Program-made: the position numbers and the translations under genes | DNA from: Deinococcales bacterium | GTDB lineage: Bacteria > Deinococcota > Deinococci > Deinococcales > JAAFIG01 | Length of the DNA stretch: 64,000 nucleotides | Reading direction: 5' to 3' | Assembly (NCBI GenBank): GCA_031414595.1 | Contig: JANNVX010000088.1 | Location: 192,001 to 256,000 of the forward strand | The notes under the pieces: generated by a model | What the model saw: the letters and a program-made list of their open reading frames with translations, nothing else | Databases searched by the model: none | What the model was told of the DNA's origin: nothing | Part shown: one piece after another, positions 20,924 to 31,535 of the stretch | Layout of the letters: every line of letters begins with the position of its first letter | Numbering within the stretch: the first letter of the stretch is position 1

Positions 20924-22275
20924 GTCTCTTCTTTGTGTTCTTTACCAAGGGCTTTTTGCACTTCTAAAGCAGCCCGTTCGCCTGCTTCGATTGCCCCTTC
21001 AACATAGCCGTAGTACCAAACAGCCGTTTCTGTTCCCGCAAAGTGAATTCTGCCAATTGGGTCGCGGAGTTCTTCAAAGCCGTTGGTCATCACCCCGGGT
21101 GGGGCGTAACACTGGTAGCCACCACCGATAAACGGTTCGGTCATCCAGTCATGGTCAAAGTAATCTCGCGGGTAGAGTGCTTCGTCACCGTAAATCATGG
21201 CAAGGTTTTCCAGCACTGCGCGGCGGCGCGTCCCAGCCGGACGGTCAGACCAAAATACGGCATCGTCACCACCAATAAAGGCAACCAGCGCTGGGTGCTT
21301 ATCATCGTGGCTCGACGCATCCATCGCATGGTCAAAAATCAGGTTGTCGGGGTCTACAGCTTTTAAGGTTTGGCTGCGCCAGAACGGACGGTCATAGATT
21401 GCAAAGCATTTAATCACACTGCCCATCTCGAGACGCTGCATGAGTTTCATACGGCGGCGTGGCAGCACAGGGTCAAAGTCTATGCGTTGGGCTTGGTTGG
21501 GTGGAATTGCCACAATCGCATGTTTAGCGGTGACACTAAAGCCTTCGGAAATAACCCGCACACCCAAATCTGAATGCTCGAGTTCGTAGGCTTGAGAATT
21601 CAGGTGTAACCTATCGCCAAGTTCTTCGGCAAGTTTGGTGCAAATGACCTGCATTCCTTCGGTCAAGCGCATGGTGTGGTTGCCGCCATCAAGGTCTATT
21701 AAGTCCTCAAAACCGCCAGCGCTGCGAACACTGTAGAGTAAAAACAGCATCGAAAAATCCTTGGGTTCGATGGTGTACTCGGTGCGAATCAGTTGGTCAA
21801 AGAGATGGCGCAGGTACTCAGACTCAAGATTCTGGCATTTCCATTCTTCAACGCTCATCACATCGAGTTGCGAAGCATTGGGCGTTTCGGCGGGGCGTTC
21901 GACATTAACTTGATCGACCAACCAACCAATTTTAGCCGTGAACCATGCCCATTCTGCTTGGGTCAGTTTGTCCATACTCGAGAGAGGCTGAGCGCTTAAA
22001 TCCATTCGACCGATTTCATTTTGGGCAAAAGTGGCTAGACCCAGTTCTTGCACCAGCCGAGTGACACGCCACATCTCAGGTCCTAGCCATTGCCCACCAA
22101 GGTCAAAAGCAGTTCCATCTGGTAGCACTTTGGTCAGCAACCGACCGCCAACACGCGGGGCAGCCTCGAGAACAACCACATCCACACCAGCTTCGATTAG
22201 CTTATGGGCAGCAATCAAGCCAGAAATTCCCGCACCGACAATCACCGTATCTGTGGTGATTTCAAGTGGTGGCAT
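20920..22275 (-). CDS. Flavin monoamine oxidase family protein (putrescine oxidase-like)
   Basis: GAGISGL, RVGGR, DLGGQW and IHFAGTETA..GYVEGAIEAGERAA; GGAG RBS before ATG 22275. Confidence 0.88.
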   Translation of the reverse strand: MPPLEITTDTVIVGAGISGLIAAHKLIEAGVDVVVLEAAPRVGGRLLTKVLPDGTAFDLGGQWLGPEMWRVTRLVQELGLATFAQNEIGRMDLSAQPLSSMDKLTQAEWAWFTAKIGWLVDQVNVERPAETPNASQLDVMSVEEWKCQNLESEYLRHLFDQLIRTEYTIEPKDFSMLFLLYSVRSAGGFEDLIDLDGGNHTMRLTEGMQVICTKLAEELGDRLHLNSQAYELEHSDLGVRVISEGFSVTAKHAIVAIPPNQAQRIDFDPVLPRRRMKLMQRLEMGSVIKCFAIYDRPFWRSQTLKAVDPDNLIFDHAMDASSHDDKHPALVAFIGGDDAVFWSDRPAGTRRRAVLENLAMIYGDEALYPRDYFDHDWMTEPFIGGGYQCYAPPGVMTNGFEELRDPIGRIHFAGTETAVWYYGYVEGAIEAGERAALEVQKALGKEHKEET

Positions 22276-22484
22276 ACGTTTCACATCTCCTAAAAAATTA
22301 TTAAAACCAAGAACGAAAAGACGAATAGTTAGGCAGCCATGATACGCGCCACCATAAAAAAAAAGCAAACGAGACAAAATCTATTGTGATAAACACCACA
22401 AATTTATTCAGGGCGCTTTCAGACTTGAATTTGTAAATTATCCTATGGACGCAAATTCCCCACCAATGGGTAGAATGGTTAAAC

Positions 22485-25358
22485 ATGACCCTTGCACTGC
22501 ACTTGCTTGGCTCACCTCGTCTCGAGTTAAATCGGCGGGTCATCAAACTTGGCTTAAAACCAATGTTGGTGCTGGCGTACTTGGCACTCGAAGGCAGGGC
22601 ATCACGCCGCGACTTGGCGCAATTGCTCTGGTCAAATGCCTCAGACCCCTTAAACAGTGTTTCGGCGGCTCGAGTCACAATCCGCGACGCTATCAAGAAG
22701 CACCTATTGGGCGACAACGAAACGCTTTTTTTACAAGCTGGTTTTTACTGCGATGTCCATATTTTTACCAAAGCCCTCGAATCCCAAGACCACGAAATTT
22801 GGCAGCAAGCGCTCGAGCTTCGCCGCGAAGTATTTCTCGAGGGGGTGCGTTTACCCGAATGGATTGAAGGTTTTGGGGCAGAATTTGAAGAATGGTTACT
22901 GGGTCAGCGCGAACAACTCGAGGAAACCCACGCCGAACTCAACTGGCGACTAGCACGGCATTATTTGCAGCAAAAAGACTTTGAGAATGCTTTGCAGCAC
23001 CTTGAAATCACCCAAGCTGCACATTTGCCACCCCGCGAAGATGCGACCCGCCTACTGATTTTGTGTGCTGGCGCAGTTGGGCGTGAAATCAAAGCCCAGA
23101 CTGCTTATTTAAGACTCGAGAAACGCTTGCAAGACGAACTCGAGTTAAGCCCTAGCAACCCCACAAAAACTGCCCTGAGCCTCGCTCGAGAAAACCCCAA
23201 AGCCTGCCAAGCTGCGCTACATGACGAATTTCGCAGTCAGAATCCGACCATTTCGCTCTCCTTGGGTTTGGAGGAAACACAAGTGCCACTTTTTGGACGT
23301 GAACACGAATTGAAACAAATAGACAGCGAACTAAAGCGTGCCAAAAGCAAACTGGCGCGGTTGGTGGTGTTGTCTGGCGAACCGGGGGTTGGCAAAACCC
23401 GTTTAGCCAAAGAAGCCATTCGTGGTCAAGATTTGTTTGTCTTAAGTGGGGTAGCATCGCCAACTGGTGTTTCGCTCGGGGTTTTTGAAAAAGCCGTGCG
23501 GCAAGCCCTAAGTCAACAACCCATTGGTCATTTTAACCGACTTTGGCAACAGGCACTCGCTGCATTTTTACCCGATACCATAAGTGCTACCCAAATCGAA
23601 CCAAGCAAAGAACATTTATTTGCCGCGATTACCGCCCTGTTCTGCCACCTTGAGCGCCCAACGGTGCTACTGCTGGACGACTTACAGTGGGCAGATAAAA
23701 CTTCGCTTGAGCTATTGCTGCATTTAGTACACAATCCCTCACCTCAAGGCTTGTTGGTACTGGCAACCCTGCGTGATACCGAACAGCCACGCAGCGACCT
23801 CAAAAGCGTTTTTGAACTGATTACTCGAGAACAACTGGGCATTAAAATTGAGGTCGGTGGCATCAGCCCTGCTGCCGTCAATCAACTGGTGCAAACCCTA
23901 GGGCGACAAACCGACTCGCTACAATTACATAAAAAAAGCGGCGGAAACCCATTTTTCTTACTCGAGTTACTAAAAAGCAATTCCGACACCAGCCAATGGC
24001 AAGACTTGGTAAAAAGCCGCCTTGCTCACCTGCCCGAAACTGCCCAGCAACTGCTCGAGGTGGCAGCCCTGCTTGGTGACGGCAGCACTTTAGCCATGCT
24101 CAGAAGTGTTTCGGGGCGTAGCTTAGAAGAAATTAAAGAAGACCTTGACCAACTTGCCAATGCCGATGTGCTGCATTTAGAAACCGACGGAACACACTTT
24201 AAGCACGATTTAATCCGTGAAGTGATTTTAGAGCATATCCGCCCTGCCCGAAAACAAATTCTGCACCTGCGGGCGGCTCGAGCCTTAAAACCCAACCAAG
24301 CTGGGATTCATGCGTTGGCATCTCTTAACGCTTGGGAAGAAAACGACACGCCCAAAATGCTGCTGAGTTTCCTCGAGACTGGCAAACAACACAGTATCCG
24401 CGGCGATTTACCAGCCGCCCTAGAATGGTTTCTCCATGCCGATAAAAACAGCCGTAACGCCAACGAGCGGCTGCAAGCCCTGACCGAACGCGCCTCGGCA
24501 CTTGAGCGCTATGGACGGCACGAAGTGGCACTCGAGACACTGAGCAAAGTAGCTATTCTCGAGGGGAGTGTGACTGATCCAGTGTTACGCAGTGGGGCTT
24601 GGTTAGCCAAAGCCAATTTACTGGCACTCAAAATGCACCGACTCGAAGAGGCGCAGGTTTTGGTGACTCAGGCATTTACGACGCTCGAAGGACTGAGTTA
24701 CAGCGCGGCGCAATTGGTTCGGTCAGATGCGCTAAATATCCAAGGTACGATTTACCGTTTAGAAAAGAAATATACGCAAGCTGCCACAGCCTTTGAAGAT
24801 AGTTTAGCCATTCGCCAAGCGCTCGAGGACGATGTAAGGATAGCCACAACAATGATGAATCTTGGGACGATTTATACTCGACTAAACGACTCTCGAGCCG
24901 AAAACACCCACCAACTTTGCCTCGTCCTATACACCAAAATCGGTGACGAAAATGGCATTTCTCGGACTTTGAATAACTTAGGTATGCACTATACACGCCA
25001 CGAAAAATACGACGAAGCACTCAAGTCTTATCAAGAAACACTGAGGCTTAGCCAAGTTTTACTTGACCCGTGGGCAGAAGCTCGAGCCTATCAAAATATC
25101 GGAGCAACCCACTATTATCGCTCAGAATATGAATTGGCGCAAAATAATTATTTATTGGCTCTCGAAAAAGCCAATTCATTCAAGGATTCTGAAAATCAAT
25201 TGCTTGCTTTGCTAAACCTTCTCGAGGTGTGCCAAGTTCTAAACACCGATTCTACTATCTGGCTAGAGCAAATCAAACCTTTTACGACCAATGAATCCTT
25301 TATTGCCTACCATACAGAAATCAACAATTACCTTTCACAACAAGGAGTGAAATCATGA
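22485..25358 (+). CDS. SARP/BTAD + STAND-type NTPase + TPR transcriptional regulator
   Basis: N-terminal LHLLGSP..LAYLALEG..FEEWL BTAD region; Walker A GEPGVGKT; Walker B LLLDDLQWAD; GGNPFF; C-terminal TPRs. Confidence 0.88.
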   Translation: MTLALHLLGSPRLELNRRVIKLGLKPMLVLAYLALEGRASRRDLAQLLWSNASDPLNSVSAARVTIRDAIKKHLLGDNETLFLQAGFYCDVHIFTKALESQDHEIWQQALELRREVFLEGVRLPEWIEGFGAEFEEWLLGQREQLEETHAELNWRLARHYLQQKDFENALQHLEITQAAHLPPREDATRLLILCAGAVGREIKAQTAYLRLEKRLQDELELSPSNPTKTALSLARENPKACQAALHDEFRSQNPTISLSLGLEETQVPLFGREHELKQIDSELKRAKSKLARLVVLSGEPGVGKTRLAKEAIRGQDLFVLSGVASPTGVSLGVFEKAVRQALSQQPIGHFNRLWQQALAAFLPDTISATQIEPSKEHLFAAITALFCHLERPTVLLLDDLQWADKTSLELLLHLVHNPSPQGLLVLATLRDTEQPRSDLKSVFELITREQLGIKIEVGGISPAAVNQLVQTLGRQTDSLQLHKKSGGNPFFLLELLKSNSDTSQWQDLVKSRLAHLPETAQQLLEVAALLGDGSTLAMLRSVSGRSLEEIKEDLDQLANADVLHLETDGTHFKHDLIREVILEHIRPARKQILHLRAARALKPNQAGIHALASLNAWEENDTPKMLLSFLETGKQHSIRGDLPAALEWFLHADKNSRNANERLQALTERASALERYGRHEVALETLSKVAILEGSVTDPVLRSGAWLAKANLLALKMHRLEEAQVLVTQAFTTLEGLSYSAAQLVRSDALNIQGTIYRLEKKYTQAATAFEDSLAIRQALEDDVRIATTMMNLGTIYTRLNDSRAENTHQLCLVLYTKIGDENGISRTLNNLGMHYTRHEKYDEALKSYQETLRLSQVLLDPWAEARAYQNIGATHYYRSEYELAQNNYLLALEKANSFKDSENQLLALLNLLEVCQVLNTDSTIWLEQIKPFTTNESFIAYHTEINNYLSQQGVKS

Positions 25359-26959
25359 AACGTTTTTTACTTTTCCTCAGCACATTAGCAATTTGTGTAG
25401 CTTGTAATCCTACAAATCCGCCCTTACTCGAGATACAAAAGGTACGACCCCGGTTTGTTGTCCCACTGGCAGAAGTTGTTATCACTGGCGCAGGTTTCTC
25501 GAACAGTTCTGTGGTAACAATAGGTGGACAAACAGTCAATGTAAATTCATTTCAAACAACCGAGCTAAAAGTCAAAGCACCAAACTTACAAGCTGGTGCA
25601 TACCTTGTTACTGTGACCAATTCTCCTCAGTCTTTTGCCACCAGTAAAGACTTAAATATTCTTGCCACGCCCGATAATTATTTCCCCGACCAAGCCTTGG
25701 TGGTTTTTAAGGAAAATATAGACCAGAACAAAGCCAGCCAAATCGCCCAACGCGCCAGTATGATTGTAGCAGACTTCAAACCAGCCGAGGTTGGCGCAAC
25801 TGGCATTTGCAGCAATACCCTTGCAGTTCTCGAGCAACAAGGCGGGACTTCTCGAGCCGTGGATACCGCCAGCGATATTCCTGAAGTTTTAGAAGCAAAT
25901 CCGCATTTGATTGAGACTGGTGGCGCATATTCCGATTCAGGACCCACCATAGAACATAAAAACGAATTCACTGCCCTCGAGTTAGACCGCGCCTACACAC
26001 ACTGGAAAACCCTCCTACCAAATATGCAAAACCGTTCCCCTCGAGTTGCAGTTTTGGATACTGGGGTTTCTGAACATTACGATTTCAGGAATTTGTTTAA
26101 TCTGCTCGATACAAATTTATTGGCTGGGCGTAATTTCACTAATGAACGTGTCAACCTTGCCATCCCAATCGAGTCTGACACCGCCGACAATGCCAAGAAT
26201 GCAAGCGGCACTCGAGTCGGGCATGGAACAGCAGTTGCAGCAATTGTCGCCGCTCGGGATTCGGAAAGCGGCACGAACTTTACGCAATTCTGGCAAGTCG
26301 GGGTGCTGCCCGCCAGAAATAATAATCAAAGTGGTCCAAATGGCGCAGATGGCGCTAAAATTCTCCCCCTCAAAGTCTGCAATGAAGCGCTCCAATGTAA
26401 AGGCATTGAGGTCATAAAAGGACTTTGTTACGCGATAAGCCAGCAACCCGATGTGATTAACTTTTCACTTGGAACGCAACAACCCTCGAGTATTGTTAAA
26501 CAAGTTATAAAAGCCGTGACTGATGCCAATATCGTACTGGTTGCTTCGGCGGGAAATCGTGGTGCAGCCCCAAATTATCCGGCTGCCTACAGCCTCGAGT
26601 TACCGATTATTGCGGTGGGCAGTGTGCGTTACGACGCTAGTGGAAAGTACAAAGCCTCAAGTTTTAGTGTTCCGGGTGCATGGGTCAGTCTGGTTGCTCC
26701 GGGCGAAACCCAGAGTGCCAGTTTTGATTCGAGTGGTGTAGATGGTTTTGGCTACCGCACTTTTGAAGGGACTTCGTTTGCTGCACCGTGGGTCAGTGGA
26801 GTTGCGGCAATGCTTAAAGCCATCAACCCAAGCGCTACACCGCTCGAGATTAAAAATAAAATTATCGCTGGGGCTTCACGGGTTTGGCTCGATGATTGTG
26901 CGCTCGAGAAATGCGGGGCTGGGTTGCTGAATGCCGCCAATGCGATTGGCGCTCCTTAA
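25355..26959 (+). CDS. S8 subtilisin-like serine protease lipoprotein with an IPT/TIG domain
   Basis: VAC lipobox; VVITGAGF IPT motif; catalytic motifs LDTG, GHGT, ASAGN and GTSFAAP. Confidence 0.92.
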   Translation: MKRFLLFLSTLAICVACNPTNPPLLEIQKVRPRFVVPLAEVVITGAGFSNSSVVTIGGQTVNVNSFQTTELKVKAPNLQAGAYLVTVTNSPQSFATSKDLNILATPDNYFPDQALVVFKENIDQNKASQIAQRASMIVADFKPAEVGATGICSNTLAVLEQQGGTSRAVDTASDIPEVLEANPHLIETGGAYSDSGPTIEHKNEFTALELDRAYTHWKTLLPNMQNRSPRVAVLDTGVSEHYDFRNLFNLLDTNLLAGRNFTNERVNLAIPIESDTADNAKNASGTRVGHGTAVAAIVAARDSESGTNFTQFWQVGVLPARNNNQSGPNGADGAKILPLKVCNEALQCKGIEVIKGLCYAISQQPDVINFSLGTQQPSSIVKQVIKAVTDANIVLVASAGNRGAAPNYPAAYSLELPIIAVGSVRYDASGKYKASSFSVPGAWVSLVAPGETQSASFDSSGVDGFGYRTFEGTSFAAPWVSGVAAMLKAINPSATPLEIKNKIIAGASRVWLDDCALEKCGAGLLNAANAIGAP

Positions 26960-26972
26960 GTTCATTTTTGCT

Positions 26973-27004
26973 AACCACTCGAGTAAATTCTCGAGTGGTT
27001 TTTT
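26973..27004 (+). terminator. Intrinsic terminator with a CTCGAG/CTCGAG stem
   Basis: aaccactcgag-taaatt-ctcgagtggtt followed by a T-tract. Confidence 0.8.
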
Positions 27005-27099
27005 ATTGTCTTTCACAGCTTTGTTTGTTTCAGGGGAGTTTCAGAGGGGTAGGGCTAAATTATACCCATCAGCGAAACGGTTCGCTTACAGGAGACAAT

Positions 27100-29943
27100 A
27101 TGAAAAAGGCAAATCTGATTCTCGGCTCGAGCGTGGTTATTTTGACTGGATTACTGGCAAGTTGTAATCCAACCACTCCAGTTATTCCAATTGCAGCCCC
27201 ACAAAATATCCTGACCGTACCCGATGATAAAAATGTAACGGTGATTTGGGATGCTGTAGATGACTCGAGGGTGACTGGCTACAATGTTTATCAAGACGGC
27301 AAAAAAGTCAATCCTGAGCCTGTTGCGGCGGCTTCTCGAGTCACCGTTCAAGCGGCTGGTACGCTACGTCGTTTACAATTTTTGGTTAGCAATGTCAGTT
27401 TAGCAAATCTCTCAAGGTTCACGGTTCGGGCGATTGGTGGCGTAACAGAAGGCACACCCAGCCCAGAATCACCGGCTCGCCCAGTCGTTTGTAGCCGCTA
27501 CTTGGTCAAAGGCACAGACATGGGCGCACAAAGTCAGAATGTCAGTTTGACTCGAGCCTCTGCCGCCTTGAGTGGTGCAACAGTTCGGGTCAACGGCACA
27601 AACATTCCATTTACAGGCAGTATTTTTCAAGGGAACTTACCCAGCAGTGTGGCAGTTGGTAGCAATGTCGAAATCCTGACCGCCGATGTTGACTGCTTGG
27701 TTTACTCCCGCGATACCTTACCAGCCCAACCAGTCATGACTGCACCAAGTGCTGGTCTGAACACCTCGAGCAGCGCGGTTTTACCTGTGGCTTGGACAAG
27801 TGTCAGTAACCCAGACCGTTTTGTTGTAGTCGCCACTTGGCTCGAGGGCAGCAGTGGCTTGGCTTGGCGCTCTGGAGATTTGGCTGGAACAGCGCGTACC
27901 TTTGATATTCCCGCCAATTCTTTACCAGCCGATAAAACTGTAAAAATTCGGGTTTATGCCTATAACGACGGCACAGAAACCTTTATTGGCGCATTTGAAA
28001 CTGGTTCTAAAATGGCTATTCGCAATGGCGATGAAGCAGGTCGGGACATCAGCACGACCAGCACACCACCAGCCGTTGCCGCCAATCCTGGTGTTTCATG
28101 GGGCGACCCGCACTTAATTACTTTTGATCAAATGGGTTATGAATTCCAGAGTGTCGGTGAGTACGACCTTGGCTTCTCGAGCGATAGCCGCCTTCGTGTC
28201 CAAGCTCGGCATCAACCTTGGGGCGGTAGCAGTTACGTCAGTGTCAACACTGCCATTGCGACTCAAATGAATGGTCAAAAAGTTGGTCTGTACTTGAACC
28301 CACCTGTTGGACAAAGCCCGTTGCGGGTTGGTAACACAGGTGTTCGCACCGCCGTTCCAAGTAGCGGACTTGACCTAGGCGCTGGCTATAGAGTCTCGTT
28401 GGTTGGTTCGACCTACAGATTCAGTTACCCAGATGGCGATTACATCATGGTTGAAATGAACGGATCGTATATTAATGTTCGGGTATTCCCAGTGCTAACT
28501 CGAAGCAATACCATGAAGGGTTTACTCGGCAACTTTGATGGCAGCTTAAGCAACGAATTTATCAAACGCGATGGCACTGCTTTTGTTCCCCTGACCACCC
28601 TTGCTTTAATCAGTCAGTACGCTAATTCTTGGAAAATCCCAACCTTATCCGATTCATTATTTGTCTATGATGGTACAGAAGCCTTTGGTGGTTTTGACAA
28701 TTCGAGTTTCCCAAGTGCCACACCACCAGCCGACCCAACCGCCTTTGCTGCGGCTCAAGCGGCTTGCACATCGGCTGGGGTACAACCCAAGAATGTAGAT
28801 GGCTGCGCGATAGATAAAACCCAAACAGGTGACGAAGGCTTTATTACCAGTGCCGCAAGCGTGCAACAACCAGCCGAAGTGATTGTGGTTGTACCAACAC
28901 CAAAACCTGATTTGGTGATTGAACGCGCCAGTATCAGTCTTGGAAATGTTTGTCGCCCTTTCAATACCTTTGTAAACGGCAACATTACCGTCAAGAATAT
29001 CGGTGCAGGTACTAGCCCAGCCGTACCAAACATTGGCATTGCCCAAGTTGTAGACTTGAGAGATGAAGCCCTAGGTTCTGGCTACCGAGGCAATGGCGTT
29101 TCCGTACCTGCGCTTGCACCTAACGAAAGCATCACCCTAAACATTCCGATTTTTTATCCAGTTACCGCACCAAATGACACCGAGGGCTTACGAACTTATT
29201 TTGCTCGAGTTGACTTTGGTAATCATATTGTCGAATCCAATGAGACCAACAACCGCTTTGCCACCAATCTCGAGATTAACATTCCAAAAGGACACTGTAA
29301 GAACCGCGTTGGACTGATTCACGGCGCAGATAACAGCGCCGCTACTGCCTACAAAACAGGTCTCGAGTTAAAAGGAATGCGCGTCACCTTATTGCCACTC
29401 TCGAGCCTGAACCCCAACAGCACCGCCACTTTGATGGATTACGATTTACTTGCGATTGACAGCAAGTCTGGCAACTTAAACACTTGGGAAGGTGGCACTG
29501 GAATGCCAGAAGCCATTGGCAATGCTGGACGACCAATCCTTGGGCTTGGCGAAGGTGGTTATGCGTTCTTGGGTAAATCAAACTCCCCCATTGGCTGGGC
29601 AAATGGATGGCATGATAGTGGCGCAACAACTTTTGCCCTTCCAAGCCCAGTTCATGCCAGTCACAACACCCCATTCCCTGTGACCAACACCGCAGGCAGT
29701 GTTGAAGTTGCCAGTCCCGCAATGAATTTTGTGGCGATTCACCTCCCACCAACTGTGGCTGCAAATTTGAAGCTCGTTGCTCGTCAATCAGGCGACGCTA
29801 CTCATTATGTTAGTGTTCTGAACACCACACCAACTTCAACCACAGGTTCAAGCGAAGCCATTTGGGGATTTGATGGAATTCCGACATACACTGAAAATGG
29901 CTGGAATGCACTGGCAAACTTGGGTTGGATCATGCTCCCATAA
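27100..29943 (+). CDS. Large surface lipoprotein: FN3 + VWD (GDPH) + CARDB + C-terminal alpha/beta domain
   Basis: AGGAG RBS; LASC lipobox; W..GYNVY FN3 motif; WGDPHLITFD..GLLGNFDG VWD motif; PDLVI..VESNETNN CARDB motif. Confidence 0.85.
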   Translation: MKKANLILGSSVVILTGLLASCNPTTPVIPIAAPQNILTVPDDKNVTVIWDAVDDSRVTGYNVYQDGKKVNPEPVAAASRVTVQAAGTLRRLQFLVSNVSLANLSRFTVRAIGGVTEGTPSPESPARPVVCSRYLVKGTDMGAQSQNVSLTRASAALSGATVRVNGTNIPFTGSIFQGNLPSSVAVGSNVEILTADVDCLVYSRDTLPAQPVMTAPSAGLNTSSSAVLPVAWTSVSNPDRFVVVATWLEGSSGLAWRSGDLAGTARTFDIPANSLPADKTVKIRVYAYNDGTETFIGAFETGSKMAIRNGDEAGRDISTTSTPPAVAANPGVSWGDPHLITFDQMGYEFQSVGEYDLGFSSDSRLRVQARHQPWGGSSYVSVNTAIATQMNGQKVGLYLNPPVGQSPLRVGNTGVRTAVPSSGLDLGAGYRVSLVGSTYRFSYPDGDYIMVEMNGSYINVRVFPVLTRSNTMKGLLGNFDGSLSNEFIKRDGTAFVPLTTLALISQYANSWKIPTLSDSLFVYDGTEAFGGFDNSSFPSATPPADPTAFAAAQAACTSAGVQPKNVDGCAIDKTQTGDEGFITSAASVQQPAEVIVVVPTPKPDLVIERASISLGNVCRPFNTFVNGNITVKNIGAGTSPAVPNIGIAQVVDLRDEALGSGYRGNGVSVPALAPNESITLNIPIFYPVTAPNDTEGLRTYFARVDFGNHIVESNETNNRFATNLEINIPKGHCKNRVGLIHGADNSAATAYKTGLELKGMRVTLLPLSSLNPNSTATLMDYDLLAIDSKSGNLNTWEGGTGMPEAIGNAGRPILGLGEGGYAFLGKSNSPIGWANGWHDSGATTFALPSPVHASHNTPFPVTNTAGSVEVASPAMNFVAIHLPPTVAANLKLVARQSGDATHYVSVLNTTPTSTTGSSEAIWGFDGIPTYTENGWNALANLGWIMLP

Positions 29944-29981
29944 GCAATTGGTTCATGCTCCTATAAGCATTCAATCTCGAG

Positions 29982-30008
29982 AAAGCGTGACCAAATCGGT
30001 CACGCTTT
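29982..30008. terminator. Probable bidirectional terminator
   Basis: aaagcgtgacc-aaatc-ggtcacgcttt between convergent genes. Confidence 0.8.
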
Positions 30009-30296
30009 TCTTTTTTGCTTTTTCTCGAGCGCTCCGCGTAATTCTTGGGCTTTCTCGAGTGCCAAAACTTGCGCTTGGGCTAAACTTGTACCAAAGCTAA
30101 AACCCTCACCTGCCAAATATGCTTTGCTGCGTTCATCATCTGGGATTAAAAAATGAACATACCAATTCCCGATACTGCGCTGCTTTTTCTGTTTACGCCG
30201 AGACAAATCCGACGGCTCGAGACGCAAAAAAACAATGTAATCGTTTAATATTGCTCGGTAAGAAAGCTCATCGTCGGTTTCTATTTCAGTCCACAC
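30000..30296 (-). CDS. Hypothetical protein
   Basis: 98-aa ORF with a TAGAAT -10 just upstream of the GTG. Confidence 0.55.
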   Translation of the reverse strand: MWTEIETDDELSYRAILNDYIVFLRLEPSDLSRRKQKKQRSIGNWYVHFLIPDDERSKAYLAGEGFSFGTSLAQAQVLALEKAQELRGALEKKQKRKA

Positions 30297-30500
30297 CAGA
30301 AAATTCTACCTTTTAACCTTTGCCACTGCCTTTCGCCTTTTCTCTCCTCTCATCTCGAGCCGCAAAAACCACCTTTTCTTAACCTGCGCTTTATTTATTA
30401 AGACACCAAAATCTAGGCTTCATCGTTTCTCGAGATTTTGACTGTAGGTTATGGGAGTACCGCCCGCCAAACACTTTCAAATGGGCAAAAGGAAAACACT

Positions 30501-31439
30501 ATGAAAAAAATCGCATTGCTAACCGCCGTTATCGCCTCGAGCTTCGTACTGTCTGCTGCGGCTTTTGCCCAGAGCAATCCAGTCGCAAGCCCACAAGGGA
30601 TTATTGTTAATCCGATTCAAACCACACTACAAGCTCAAGTTTCGGTTGACCGTTCTGGTGTAAATCCACTTTACTATGTTGGCGAAAACGTTAAAATCAG
30701 TGTCAGTGTCAACCAAGATGCCTATGTGTACTTATTTAGCATTGATGCCAGAGGTGTTATTAGCTTGATTTTGCCGAATCGCTTATCGGGTGGTTCAGAA
30801 TTTATGCGTGGCGGCGAAACCCGTCAGTTTCCACCTGCTGGAGCGAATTGGACCCTAACAATCGAAGGCAATGGCGGACAAGAACAAGTTCTGGCAGTTG
30901 CCAGTAAACGCCAATTAAACTTATCTGAAATTGTCACCTTTAAGAGCGGACAACCATTTGCCACAGCGAATGCCAATGTTCAAGGGGCAAGCGGATTAGC
31001 CCGTCCTTTGGCGCTTGTGGTCACACCATTGCCACCTCAAGATTGGGTCACAGCCGTCACCACCTATCAAGTTCAAGTTCGTACATTTGTGACTGCTCCA
31101 CAACCAAATCCTCCTGTGGTGAGTACACCTCCAGCCCCAGTGGTCAGCAACGACCCACTCAACCGATTTGAAATGAGCCTGATGTTCGGTACACAAATTA
31201 CTCGAGTTCTCGAGAACAAAGATGACAAATTTAGTGCCTATGTGATCATCCGTGGTTCGTATGCCGAAGTCGCTAATTATCATCAAAATCAACTGATTGC
31301 CCGTGGTTGGCAACTCAAAAACTCTCGTATTCGCAATGACAGTGTTCGGCTCGAGTTTCGCCGTGGGGGCAAGGAATTGGAGTTTCGTTTGGAACGCAAT
31401 GGCAACAACATAAGATTAACCATTGAAATGAACGATTAA
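30501..31439 (+). CDS. Secreted DUF4384 domain protein
   Basis: Signal peptide; SPQGIIVNP, YYVGENVKISVSVNQDAYVYLFSID and LILPNR. Confidence 0.85.
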   Translation: MKKIALLTAVIASSFVLSAAAFAQSNPVASPQGIIVNPIQTTLQAQVSVDRSGVNPLYYVGENVKISVSVNQDAYVYLFSIDARGVISLILPNRLSGGSEFMRGGETRQFPPAGANWTLTIEGNGGQEQVLAVASKRQLNLSEIVTFKSGQPFATANANVQGASGLARPLALVVTPLPPQDWVTAVTTYQVQVRTFVTAPQPNPPVVSTPPAPVVSNDPLNRFEMSLMFGTQITRVLENKDDKFSAYVIIRGSYAEVANYHQNQLIARGWQLKNSRIRNDSVRLEFRRGGKELEFRLERNGNNIRLTIEMND

Positions 31440-31468
31440 CTCGAGTCTAGGTGGCAACTTATTGCCTA

Positions 31469-31499
31469 AAGAAGCGTAAGCCTTTGGCTTGCGCTTCTT
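31469..31499 (+). terminator. Hairpin terminator
   Basis: aagaagcgtaagcc-ttt-ggcttgcgcttctt. Confidence 0.7.
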
Positions 31500-31535
31500 G
31501 GTTTTAGCTCATAACAACTCGGTAGGATTAACCCC

